DNA of 64,000 bases from Balneolales bacterium (GTDB taxonomy: Bacteria; Bacteroidota; Rhodothermia; Balneolales; Natronogracilivirgulaceae), in NCBI GenBank assembly GCA_007134845.1, contig SLKA01000041.1:56695-120694 (forward strand), given 5' to 3'. This document shows, in pieces, positions 18,880 through 27,760 of this stretch; the stretch's first letter is position 1, and each line of letters opens with the position of its first letter. A program made the position numbers and the translations under genes. The notes beneath the pieces are model-generated. The model made no database searches. It saw only the letters and a list, made by a program, of their open reading frames with translations, and was not told the origin of the DNA.

Positions 18880-19908
18880 TTATTCCAGATCTCCTTCAAA
18901 ATATTCAACGGCACGCTGAATGATGGAGCTGTCGGACTTCTTTTCCGCTATGCGATCCTGTATCTTTTTTTGAAAAGCCTGGGCGGCATCGTAACCGTAA
19001 TGTGAAAGCAAGTGATTCATTGCAATGACTTCTGCGATCACAGTTATATTTTTACCCGGGGTAATGGGAAGATTGATGGTGGGAATATCCACTCCGAGCA
19101 CGGATGTATTTTGCCTGTTCAGTCCGGTTCTGTCCACATGCTGTGAATCGTCCCACAGGCTGAGTTCCAGAATGACCTCAAGGCGTTTCTGGTAGCGTAT
19201 GGCGCGAATGCCAAACATGGCCATCACATCGACGATACCAAGGCCACGGATTTCCATGAAATGCTTGTTGATTTCTGTGGGTGATGCTATCAGCACATTG
19301 CTTTTCTTTGTAAGAATGACGACGTCGTCAGATACCACCCGGTGCCCACGCTCCACAAGATCCAGGGCTATTTCACTTTTTCCGATCCCGGATTTTCCGG
19401 AAATCATAATGCCAACTCCGTATACATCGACCATGGATCCGTGAACCAGAGTTTGAATGGCAAACTGGTCCTCCAGGAAATCACGCACCAGAAACATGAA
19501 TTTTGTGGTCTCTATGGGAGTCTGAAAGACAGGGATCCGTGCTTTTTCAGCCATCTGCAGATAGGAGTCCGGAAGTACATTGTTTTCGGTCAGAAAGATA
19601 ACCGGAATCGGAAATTTGGTGATTTCCAAAAAGGCCTTGCCGCCGGCCTCTTCACCAATATGATCAATGTATTTGCTTTCGCTGTTTCCAAGTACCTGAA
19701 TTCTGTGATGTGAAAACAGATCCACATATCCGGCCAATGCGAGACCAGGGCGGTGCAGATCGGTATCTGTGACCACTTTTTTGCTGCAGGATGATTCCGA
19801 GGCGCAAGCTTTGATATCCAGCCTGAGATGACTTCGTAGCTGTTCAATCAGAAAAGAGACGGTGATATGCTCTTTTCTGGGAACAGACTTGATATTTTTA
19901 AACGACAT
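18880..19908 (-). CDS. hprK: HPr kinase/phosphorylase (full-length form)
   Basis: 342 aa. P-loop GKSGIGKSEIALDLVERGHRVVSDD and downstream EIRGLGIV signature. Carries the N-terminal domain found in full-length enzymes. Confidence 0.88.
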   Translation of the reverse strand: MSFKNIKSVPRKEHITVSFLIEQLRSHLRLDIKACASESSCSKKVVTDTDLHRPGLALAGYVDLFSHHRIQVLGNSESKYIDHIGEEAGGKAFLEITKFPIPVIFLTENNVLPDSYLQMAEKARIPVFQTPIETTKFMFLVRDFLEDQFAIQTLVHGSMVDVYGVGIMISGKSGIGKSEIALDLVERGHRVVSDDVVILTKKSNVLIASPTEINKHFMEIRGLGIVDVMAMFGIRAIRYQKRLEVILELSLWDDSQHVDRTGLNRQNTSVLGVDIPTINLPITPGKNITVIAEVIAMNHLLSHYGYDAAQAFQKKIQDRIAEKKSDSSIIQRAVEYFEGDLE

Positions 19909-19953
19909 TCGTGTGGCATTGGTGACATTCCGGAATAAGACCGGAATACGACA

Positions 19954-20253
19954 TCAGTTGCGGGAGAAACGTTTATCTTTATATTTAATAAGTTGACGGC
20001 GCATGTTATCCACAGCAGAACGAACAGCCTGTTCATATGCCGGACCCGACTCTGTAGCTTTGAGCAATTCCTGTTTCACCTTTACCGTAAGTTCCGCTTT
20101 GGCAGGTTGATCGTTGTCGGGAGAGGGCTCCAGAACAACGTCACATGAAAATATTCCATCAAAATAACGCTTGAGTTTTTTGACTTCCTCTGAGGTAAAG
20201 TTCTGGAGATTTTGACTTGCATCAAATTTTCTGGCTGTGAAATTGATATTCAT
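19954..20253 (-). CDS. hpf: ribosome hibernation promoting factor (short HPF/RaiA)
   Basis: MNINFTARKFDAS..L..F...EVKKL.RYFD matches HPF/YfiA N-termini. The ORF could also start 8 codons upstream at 20277. Confidence 0.85.
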   Translation of the reverse strand: MNINFTARKFDASQNLQNFTSEEVKKLKRYFDGIFSCDVVLEPSPDNDQPAKAELTVKVKQELLKATESGPAYEQAVRSAVDNMRRQLIKYKDKRFSRN

Positions 20254-20324
20254 TGTCTGAGATGGATTAGGGTTCATGTTGATCAGAAATTAGTTACAAT
20301 ATCAGTACAAATAAAAATGGGATA

Positions 20325-21260
20325 TCACTTCTTTTCACCTGACTCGGCTCTCGGATGGGCTGTCCGGTAAACATTTCGCAGATGTTCGATACTGGTTCCG
20401 GTGTAAATCTGGGTTGCAGCCAGGTCAGCATGTCCAAGCAGCTCCTTGATCACTCTGATTCCAGCCCCACGGTCCAGCAGGTGGGTGGCGAAACTGTGCC
20501 GCAATACATGAGGGCTTTTCTGGCTGACTTCGCTAACACGGGAGAGATAATGTGCCACTATACGTTGGATAAGCCTTGGATAGACGCGCTTTCCAGAATC
20601 TGTCAGAAACAAAGCCAGATGGTCATCGGCTCCGGTTTTCTTTCCTACCAGCAGGGGCCTTTCATCGATATATTGCTTCATTGCCTGTTTTGCGAGGTCA
20701 CCGAATGGAATGATGCGTTCTTTTGAGCCTTTGCCAAGGACTTTCACTCTCTTGCGCCCCAGGTCAAGATCAGTGATGTTGAGCTGTATGAGTTCAGATA
20801 GCCGCATTCCTGTGCTGTATAACAACTCCATGACGGCCAAATCTCTTTTTCCTGATGGACTGTCTGTTTCAATGGTTTCCATCATAAGGCTCAGCTCATC
20901 TGGACGGACTGTTTTTGGGAGGCGGTGTTCCTTTTTCGGATTCATCAGCAGATGTGCCGGATTGTGATGAATGATCCCCCTTTTATATGCAAACTTGAGA
21001 AATGAGCGGATTGACGCCGTTTTTCTGGAAAGGGTGGATTTAGCGAATTTGGACTTATAAAGCGAGCCCAGCCACAAGCGGATTATGAGTCTGTCTATTC
21101 TGGTATAATCAATGCTGCGTGCATCTGTATCCCATTCACGGCAGCAAAATAGCAAAAACTGACTGATGTCCCTTTGATAAGCTTCCACGGTTTTTGGAGA
21201 AGCATTACGCTCAATTTCAAGATATCTGGTAAAGCGGTTAAGCAGGAGAAAGTCACTCAT
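20325..21260 (-). CDS. tyrosine site-specific recombinase, XerC/XerD type
   Basis: 311 aa. N-terminal SAM-like core-binding domain. Catalytic region has R...HVLRHSFATHLL...LGHADLAATQIYT, giving the R-H-R-Y set. Confidence 0.85.
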   Translation of the reverse strand: MSDFLLLNRFTRYLEIERNASPKTVEAYQRDISQFLLFCCREWDTDARSIDYTRIDRLIIRLWLGSLYKSKFAKSTLSRKTASIRSFLKFAYKRGIIHHNPAHLLMNPKKEHRLPKTVRPDELSLMMETIETDSPSGKRDLAVMELLYSTGMRLSELIQLNITDLDLGRKRVKVLGKGSKERIIPFGDLAKQAMKQYIDERPLLVGKKTGADDHLALFLTDSGKRVYPRLIQRIVAHYLSRVSEVSQKSPHVLRHSFATHLLDRGAGIRVIKELLGHADLAATQIYTGTSIEHLRNVYRTAHPRAESGEKK

Positions 21261-21444
21261 ATTCCGTCATACTGTATTCATCCTTCAGATAAGATAATCA
21301 ATGTGCTCTCATATAAAAGCAGAAATTGTCAAAAGTTGAAAAAAAATGTGTAAGGTTCTGCCGTCAGCCTGCTCTTTAAAATAGCTGATTATTCACTTGA
21401 TGCCTGCAAGGTGCTTCAATTATGTAATTTGACAACAAAATAAC

Positions 21445-21921
21445 ATGGCAATGACTGATAAGCGAACAATGGAAATAAGCTACCGGCAAATGGATATCGC
21501 AGTCGGAGTTCTGATAAAAAACATCCTTGAAATTAAGAATGTGAATGAGTGGGCAGCCTTCATGGGGTATTCCCGTTCACATTTCTGTCGTAATTTCACC
21601 AGGAAGTTCCAGGAAAACCCCAAAATTGTACTTCGGAGAGCACGTTTGCGCAAAGTTTGCAGGGTGATTCAGTCGGATTGGTCGGCAACGGCGTACAAGG
21701 TGGCTCTTGATTCAGGATTTCAAAACGACAAAGCTCTTCACAAATTCCTTCAGCGAAACTTTAACAAGGGATTTATGTCGCTTAAGAATGAATTGAAGAG
21801 GGATGCCTTCCGTGCCAGAAAAATTATATCGCATGCTGCGGAATCTGATTATGAATATATTGTCGGTGAGAATAAAAATGGGTTACACCTGTCGTCCTTT
21901 CCAGGTAGTCCCGGTTTTTAG
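21445..21921 (+). CDS. single-domain AraC/XylS-family transcription factor (MarA/SoxS-like architecture)
   Basis: 158 aa. Two HTH units are visible (NEWAAFMGYSRSHFCRNFTRKF and AYKVALDSGFQNDKALHKFLQRNF). There is no room for a ligand-binding domain. Confidence 0.65.
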   Translation: MAMTDKRTMEISYRQMDIAVGVLIKNILEIKNVNEWAAFMGYSRSHFCRNFTRKFQENPKIVLRRARLRKVCRVIQSDWSATAYKVALDSGFQNDKALHKFLQRNFNKGFMSLKNELKRDAFRARKIISHAAESDYEYIVGENKNGLHLSSFPGSPGF

Positions 21922-23145
21922 CATGCGATCGCGGATAACGACGATGGCAAGCATTTGAAACCAAAAGATTCCGGGAAGATAGAGAAGAGCAGTGCTTACC
22001 GGCCATTTCAGGAACCGTGACACCCACACTCGCTGCAGGAATGGGATAGCGATGAGTGCTGCTGAGAGTGATATGGCAGCAGATTGAAACGGGTCAGGAA
22101 AGAGTCCTCCTGCTGCTGATAAAAGAACAAAAGGCGGCATTATGTAGACAATCAAATGGATCAGCCACGCCAACAGGAAGGGCATCAGCCTGTAGCCGAA
22201 ACCGGCGAAGAAATTTTTCCGGAACCCGTTGAAAATTTCATGATGTGACTGATACATCCGGCACCAGAGACGGTCTGTTCCATGAAACATTCTCATTGTG
22301 TTACCTGAACGCACTACTTGCCTTGCTATCATTACATCTTCAACGACCTGATCCCTGACGAATGCATGCCCCCCTGAACTTTTGTATGCGTCACGGGTGA
22401 AAATCATACACTGCCCACACGCTGTTGCAAACATGGGTTTTATTGAATTTCTGAGCCTTTCTGTTGGTATCCAGCGAGGAGCACGATAGCTGTAAAGGGT
22501 TGGAAGGTATGTTGCAATTGTAGCATAGACGTTTGATACGACAGCTTTTTCCATAGAGGTATGCATAACCTGATGAGGCCAGACCGTTGCAAAATCGAGT
22601 TCATAATACCGCATAGCATTCATTATTTCGGAAATGCCTGTAGATGCGATCCAGGTATCAGCATCCAGAAAAATCAGCACATCACCTGCAGCATGACCTG
22701 CGAGCTGATGGCATGCCCAGTTTTTTCCGAGCCACCCATCGGGTTTTTCCAATCCGGCGTGCACAACGACCGGGAACCGGGATGCTGATGCAAAGTCATT
22801 GGCGATCTCCTGTGTACGATCTTCGGAGTGGTCATCGAGGACATGGATTTCCAGCCGGGAGTAGTTCTGCTTTTCAATACTTGCCAGAAGTCTGGACAGC
22901 TTCTGCTCCTCATTTCGGGCCGGTATCAGGATTGACACCAACGGAAAGCGGTAATCGGAATCTATGTTTCCATTTTTCACATTAGAGACAAGTTTATTTA
23001 TGCCTTCAGTATCATCAGTTGTATCAGGCATGAGTCTGGCAAGTGATGCCAAGCCTTTAAAATGCTTTCTGTTGTGAAGTATGATGAGTGTTGTCGCAAA
23101 CAAGAAAGCGAATCCGAAGCCAAACAGCAGCACAATGACGGCCAT
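21883..23145 (-). CDS. membrane-bound family 2 glycosyltransferase
   Basis: 420 aa. N-terminal TM, GT-A core (VSILIPARNEE...LDDHSEDRT...FLDADT) and several C-terminal TM helices. The topology resembles lipid/carotenoid GT2 enzymes. Confidence 0.75.
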   Translation of the reverse strand: MAVIVLLFGFGFAFLFATTLIILHNRKHFKGLASLARLMPDTTDDTEGINKLVSNVKNGNIDSDYRFPLVSILIPARNEEQKLSRLLASIEKQNYSRLEIHVLDDHSEDRTQEIANDFASASRFPVVVHAGLEKPDGWLGKNWACHQLAGHAAGDVLIFLDADTWIASTGISEIMNAMRYYELDFATVWPHQVMHTSMEKAVVSNVYATIATYLPTLYSYRAPRWIPTERLRNSIKPMFATACGQCMIFTRDAYKSSGGHAFVRDQVVEDVMIARQVVRSGNTMRMFHGTDRLWCRMYQSHHEIFNGFRKNFFAGFGYRLMPFLLAWLIHLIVYIMPPFVLLSAAGGLFPDPFQSAAISLSAALIAIPFLQRVWVSRFLKWPVSTALLYLPGIFWFQMLAIVVIRDRMLKTGTTWKGRQV

Positions 23146-23150
23146 CAGAA

Positions 23151-23603
23151 TTAATTGATCGTTTCATTGCCCTTGAGGAACAGTGATCGGTCAGAGCCAA
23201 GATATTCACTGTCGAAAATCATGCCAGCAACCCAGTCCTTGACATCCGGGACATCGGTAAACTCAATATCCATGCGCAGCATGGCATATTCAATGAGCCG
23301 TTCCATTCGTTTTGCATCGAGAATACCCAGATAATAGAGCTCCAGCATGTAACCATAAGCTTCAGAAGAGATGCGGGACCGCTCATTGGGGTGAAGGACC
23401 CTTGGAGACGGAATATTTACCGGTTCCGGCTTTTCACTGGCCAGCATACCGGATTCATGCTTCTGAATGAGCCAGGAATAGGCCGCACTGATTTCGGAAT
23501 TATTGTATCCCCGCAGCTTGTCCAGCTTTATGTCTTTTAACCGGGTTCCGATATGAACCCGTTTGACCAGATAAATAATAAGATCAACGACGTTGTTTTG
23601 CAT
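23151..23603 (-). CDS. Smg (DUF494)-like protein
   Basis: 150 aa. Collinear by eye with E. coli Smg: VVDLIIYLVKRV vs FDVLMYLFETYI, PRVLHPNERSRISSEAYGYMLEL vs [23 protein letters not shown], and C-terminal DVKDWVAGMIFD vs DLKWVILMVLFN. Confidence 0.5.
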   Translation of the reverse strand: MQNNVVDLIIYLVKRVHIGTRLKDIKLDKLRGYNNSEISAAYSWLIQKHESGMLASEKPEPVNIPSPRVLHPNERSRISSEAYGYMLELYYLGILDAKRMERLIEYAMLRMDIEFTDVPDVKDWVAGMIFDSEYLGSDRSLFLKGNETIN

Positions 23604-24083
23604 TCAAGAACCCTGGAAAAGCGTAATGTATTTGTTTTCAAGTGCCTGCATATGAATTCGCTGGCTGTCCGACCGATCATCATAACCGATCAGATGCAAC
23701 AGCCCGTGAATTACCACACGCAAAACTTCAGAATCGTATGTCGTTCCATAATCGTCGGATTGACGCCTGATTTGAGGCGCACAGCAGTAAAGAGTGCCTT
23801 CGACAGGGGAGTTGTCATCATTATGAATATGATAAGGAAATGTAATGATATCTGTGAGATAATCGTGTCCAAGATATTCTCGATTCATTTCGAGAATTTT
23901 CGAATCGCCTACAAAAACCACTTCCACTTGCGAAAAATTCCTGTGCTCGTGTTTCTGTATCATTTCAACAATACGCTTTAACATTTCGCCTGTGAACGGT
24001 ACGTCATCACCACACTCATTAAAAATCTGAAATGACCCGGAATCCATTGAAATGTTACAGAATAATAGTACGTCCGGCGGCAC
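23604..24083 (-). CDS. ybeY: rRNA maturation endoribonuclease YbeY
   Basis: Zinc motif HGLLHLIGYDD. The ORF starts at GTG 24083. An ATG at 24047 (MDSGSFQIF...) is an alternative start. Confidence 0.88.
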   Translation of the reverse strand: MPPDVLLFCNISMDSGSFQIFNECGDDVPFTGEMLKRIVEMIQKHEHRNFSQVEVVFVGDSKILEMNREYLGHDYLTDIITFPYHIHNDDNSPVEGTLYCCAPQIRRQSDDYGTTYDSEVLRVVIHGLLHLIGYDDRSDSQRIHMQALENKYITLFQGS

Positions 24084-24086
24084 CGG

Positions 24087-24542
24087 TTAATCATCATCAA
24101 AGTTAAAGCCTTCAAAGTCAATGGACTCTGTAAGGGACAAAGCTACACTGCACATCATGACTTCCGGTGGCAGTTTTGTAAAGTCACCACTGAGTAAAGA
24201 TTCATTAACATTTGCGTACAAACTGCATCCGGCTTCTTTTTCAACAATTAATCCGGATATTTTGGAACCTTCTTTTCCAAAAAACGTGATTTGATGCAGC
24301 AGTTCGCTGGCAACAAAAGCGGTGCAGTTGTGCAGCTGGAGAAATGTATCCTGTGTATAGACTGAAATCAGGTTTGTCTGCCCGCCATCAATCTGCATAC
24401 CCATATGTATTTCCAGGGCTACTTTGCGGCCTGATTCCCTGTCGATAATTTCAAAACGATAGACATTTCCACTCTTTTTGGGGTCAACACCCAGAATACT
24501 GCCAATTGTGGAAATGTTTTCCTCGGTAAATTTGTGAATCAT
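24087..24542 (-). CDS. hypothetical protein (acidic C-terminus)
   Basis: 151-aa ORF tightly packed between the DUF2723 gene and ybeY on the same strand. No family recognised. Confidence 0.5.
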   Translation of the reverse strand: MIHKFTEENISTIGSILGVDPKKSGNVYRFEIIDRESGRKVALEIHMGMQIDGGQTNLISVYTQDTFLQLHNCTAFVASELLHQITFFGKEGSKISGLIVEKEAGCSLYANVNESLLSGDFTKLPPEVMMCSVALSLTESIDFEGFNFDDD

Positions 24543-24630
24543 TTGAGCATTAGTTTATGCAGTGCGGTGTCATTACTGCGACGGTATGCAGATGAAATAT
24601 AACGTATGTACAGGAATATTGGAACAACGA

Positions 24631-27594
24631 TTACTCACCGAATATTCTTCTGACCCTTTGTCTGTTTTCCTGGCGGTCGCGTGGGAAAGGCAGTCGCTGA
24701 TCCGATACCTCTGCGATGAAATCTGCCACGGAAAGTGCTTCATTATCCATGTCATTCATGAAGAATATGCGCTGAATGATCATGTATCTGCTGCTTTCAT
24801 ACGACAGTTCGCGCACCAGCTGCTGCCGTTCACGATTCAGGGTTGTGATGCGATTTTGCAATTCCCTGCGCCGGCTGGTATTCATACGTCGTCCCCCTTC
24901 GTCTATCCGCTGTTCCAGGCGGCTTATTTCACTTTCTATCTCATCCAGATCACGAAGATAAGTGCGAAATGATATGTCCAGATCTCTTCTCGCCAGGCCC
25001 GCAAGTTCAATGGCGCGGTCGGAGACACCGGCCTGGGCATAGCGGTAGGCATAGTTGAGTATTGAAGTGGGATCACCTTCAATGGATGTGAAAGGAATAT
25101 TTTCCTCACCCCATTCAAGCCAGTAAGCGGCACTGTCCGGCTGTCCGCCCTGCATGAAAGTTGCAGCCTGACGATTGATGATGGTTCGGTAGTTATCCAT
25201 CATGCGCCGGATGTTTTCATCAAAGTACGCTTTATCGTTGTTGATCTCCCTAAGCCGGAATGACTTCAGACGTTCTCCATGAATTCTGGTGTCTATTTCA
25301 TTGCCCGTTTTAAACGGCATAACACGAAAGGCCTTGCCCTCCAGGCGGAAGTACTCCTGAAGGTTCATCTGGGCGTCCCTGGCAACCGTCGTTGAAAAAT
25401 AGACTGGGCGCACCCAGCGGTTTGTTCTCAGGATTTCCAGGACCATATCATCTTGTATGCGTGTGTAAAACATTTCGTTACCGTCACGATCCCTGCCCAG
25501 GAAGATTCCCTCAAGGTGCCAGGTTACCTCGTCATCAAACATATCTATGGGAACACTAAAGTCCATTTCCTCTGGAATTTCTCTGGGCGCCCATGCAAAA
25601 TCTGAAGTGCCGGCATACACATCCCGGAGAAAGTCACGATCTACAGGTATGGAAACATCTCCGGGCCGATGAAAATCTGATGCCCGCCGGAAATTGAATT
25701 TTTCATTGAGCCGGTCAACTTCTGCATCTGTCAAATCAATCGGAACGGGTGGTGCTTCATGACTCCACAGGTTTTTCATCTGCTTGATGTACCACTCCGT
25801 ATTGAGCAGGCTGAGATTAACTACCCGGACATCTGTTCGAAGTCCTTCGACCTCCTGAAGGTACCAGAGCGGGAAAGTGTCATTGTCGCCGTTTGTGAAA
25901 AGAATAGCATATGGAGCGGTGCTGTTGAGCAGGTTGTATGCATAGTCGGGCGCTACATAACGAAGGCTTCGGTCATTGTTACTGTAGGTCTGACTCCCAA
26001 CCAGTACAGGAACAGCAAGTGTTGTTACAGCAAGAATACCGTAGGCTACATATCGATTTGATTTGAGATACTGCTTGACAAGTTCCATGAGACCGGCCGC
26101 ACCGATACCGATCCATATTGAAAATGCAAAAAACGACCCGGTATAGGAGTAATCCCTCTCTCTGGGCTGAAATGGGGTCTGGTTCAAATAGGCAACAATC
26201 GCAAGTCCGGTTGCAGTAAATAGCACCAGCACCCCCAGAGCTCGCTTCCAATCCTTTCGGAAATGGAAAAACATGCCTACCAATCCAAGAGCGAATGGGA
26301 AGAAGAAAAACCGGTTGTGGGCGGGGTTGTGGCTGAAATTGCTGTCACCGAAGCCCGAGATCCACCGGGCATCCTGGATGTCACTGTCGCGGCCAATGAA
26401 ATTCCATGCAAAATACCTCAGGTACATATGGCTAACCTGATAGCTCACAAAGAAATGAAGGTCGCTACGGTATTGAGCGTACTTCTGCTGGTGGCGCTGC
26501 TCAGGAGAGTATCTTCTCGGGAAAAATTTGGGGTTTTCACGATCTATGCCGCCAATTTCATTGCTGTAGCTATCTCCCCGAAGAAGTGGCTGCTGTCCGT
26601 ACTGTTCCCGCTTCAGGTAGCTGATAAAAGAGTCAACATTGTCAGGTGAATTCTGGTCGATGGCAGGGTTGACCTGGGATCGGATATAGATCATTGAATA
26701 GCTTGAATAACCGATCAGAATGAGCATATATCCCAGAAGCACAATATTGGCCGTACGGTAGTTTTTCTTGTGGGTATAATAGATTCCGTAGGCGATGAGT
26801 CCACCGAAAATCAGCAGGAATGCAAGCGGGCCGAGCATTCCACCTGTGATGGCAGAAAAATTACCCGCAAACGCGGGAAGCTCGATAATTGTAATTGGAT
26901 AAATCAGAAAGAAAATACCGACGGTTATTGCAGAGGCAATGACAAATGATCGGATACTGAACTCGAATTTCCGGAAATAAATTATCAATCCGACGAAAAA
27001 TACGGCAAGCAGACTGAGCAAATGCACTCCGAATGCCAGTCCGAACAGAAAAGTGATGAGAAGCAGCCATCGCTCGTTGCGTAAATTATCGTGATTTTCC
27101 GACCATTTTAGTACAAGCCAGACCACCAGGGCCGTAAAAGTCAGCGAGAGGGCATAGGTCTCCGCTTCAATGGAGGTAAACCAGTGGCTGTCGGTGACCG
27201 AAAATGTAAGAGCTCCTATGAAACCGCCGCCATACAGGCCAATCCGGTCGATCACTGGATACTGATCCACATCAGTGCCACGAAATTCACGGATAAAACG
27301 GACAATGATGAGATACAGCAACGCTATCGTTGTTGCCGATGCCAATGCACTCATCAGGTTGATCATGTATGCAGCGGACATGGGACCGGCAAACATGGAG
27401 AAAACACGGCCGAGCAGGAGATAGAAGGGAGTGCCCGGGGGATGTGGGATCTGCAATCCGTAGGCACATGCTATACGCTCGCTGCAGTCCCAAAAACTGG
27501 CAGTTGGAGGGAGTGTCAACAAGTAAAGGATCAGCGCTGTAAGAAAAGAAAATGCAGCAAAAGCCTTGTTAAGCGATTTATGGTCCGTCGGCAT
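24631..27594 (-). CDS. DUF2723 domain-containing polytopic membrane protein (PMT/ArnT-like glycosyltransferase fold)
   Basis: 987 aa. N-terminal FWDCSERIACAYGLQIPHPPGTPFYLLLGRVF matches the DUF2723 signature. About 12 TM helices are followed by a large soluble C-terminal region. Confidence 0.75.
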   Translation of the reverse strand: MPTDHKSLNKAFAAFSFLTALILYLLTLPPTASFWDCSERIACAYGLQIPHPPGTPFYLLLGRVFSMFAGPMSAAYMINLMSALASATTIALLYLIIVRFIREFRGTDVDQYPVIDRIGLYGGGFIGALTFSVTDSHWFTSIEAETYALSLTFTALVVWLVLKWSENHDNLRNERWLLLITFLFGLAFGVHLLSLLAVFFVGLIIYFRKFEFSIRSFVIASAITVGIFFLIYPITIIELPAFAGNFSAITGGMLGPLAFLLIFGGLIAYGIYYTHKKNYRTANIVLLGYMLILIGYSSYSMIYIRSQVNPAIDQNSPDNVDSFISYLKREQYGQQPLLRGDSYSNEIGGIDRENPKFFPRRYSPEQRHQQKYAQYRSDLHFFVSYQVSHMYLRYFAWNFIGRDSDIQDARWISGFGDSNFSHNPAHNRFFFFPFALGLVGMFFHFRKDWKRALGVLVLFTATGLAIVAYLNQTPFQPRERDYSYTGSFFAFSIWIGIGAAGLMELVKQYLKSNRYVAYGILAVTTLAVPVLVGSQTYSNNDRSLRYVAPDYAYNLLNSTAPYAILFTNGDNDTFPLWYLQEVEGLRTDVRVVNLSLLNTEWYIKQMKNLWSHEAPPVPIDLTDAEVDRLNEKFNFRRASDFHRPGDVSIPVDRDFLRDVYAGTSDFAWAPREIPEEMDFSVPIDMFDDEVTWHLEGIFLGRDRDGNEMFYTRIQDDMVLEILRTNRWVRPVYFSTTVARDAQMNLQEYFRLEGKAFRVMPFKTGNEIDTRIHGERLKSFRLREINNDKAYFDENIRRMMDNYRTIINRQAATFMQGGQPDSAAYWLEWGEENIPFTSIEGDPTSILNYAYRYAQAGVSDRAIELAGLARRDLDISFRTYLRDLDEIESEISRLEQRIDEGGRRMNTSRRRELQNRITTLNRERQQLVRELSYESSRYMIIQRIFFMNDMDNEALSVADFIAEVSDQRLPFPRDRQENRQRVRRIFGE

Positions 27595-27760
27595 CTTGTG
27601 GTATATTTGTAAAGAAGAGGAAAATTGCCAAATTTGCAGAATCTGTCACATCAATCAATAATAGGAAGAGCTGATCCATTAATCAAAGCACATTTTACCG
27701 TTTCTTATGGTTTTGTCAGCGTTTCAATCAATAATCAGACCTGTCCGGAACATCGTCTTT

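Noticed and set aside
20325-21260. Tyrosine recombinase as marker of an integrated mobile element or prophage
   Set aside because: It has the size and motifs of chromosomal XerC/XerD and sits next to hpf in a housekeeping context. I saw no phage, transposase, conjugation or cargo genes, no flanking direct repeats, and no adjacent tRNA.
21883-23145. Assigning the membrane GT2 to carotenoid glycoside synthesis (CrtQ/CruC-like)
   Set aside because: Only the general topology (N-terminal TM, GT-A core, C-terminal TM helices) is similar. No crt/cru genes are nearby. The call is kept at the generic level of membrane GT2.
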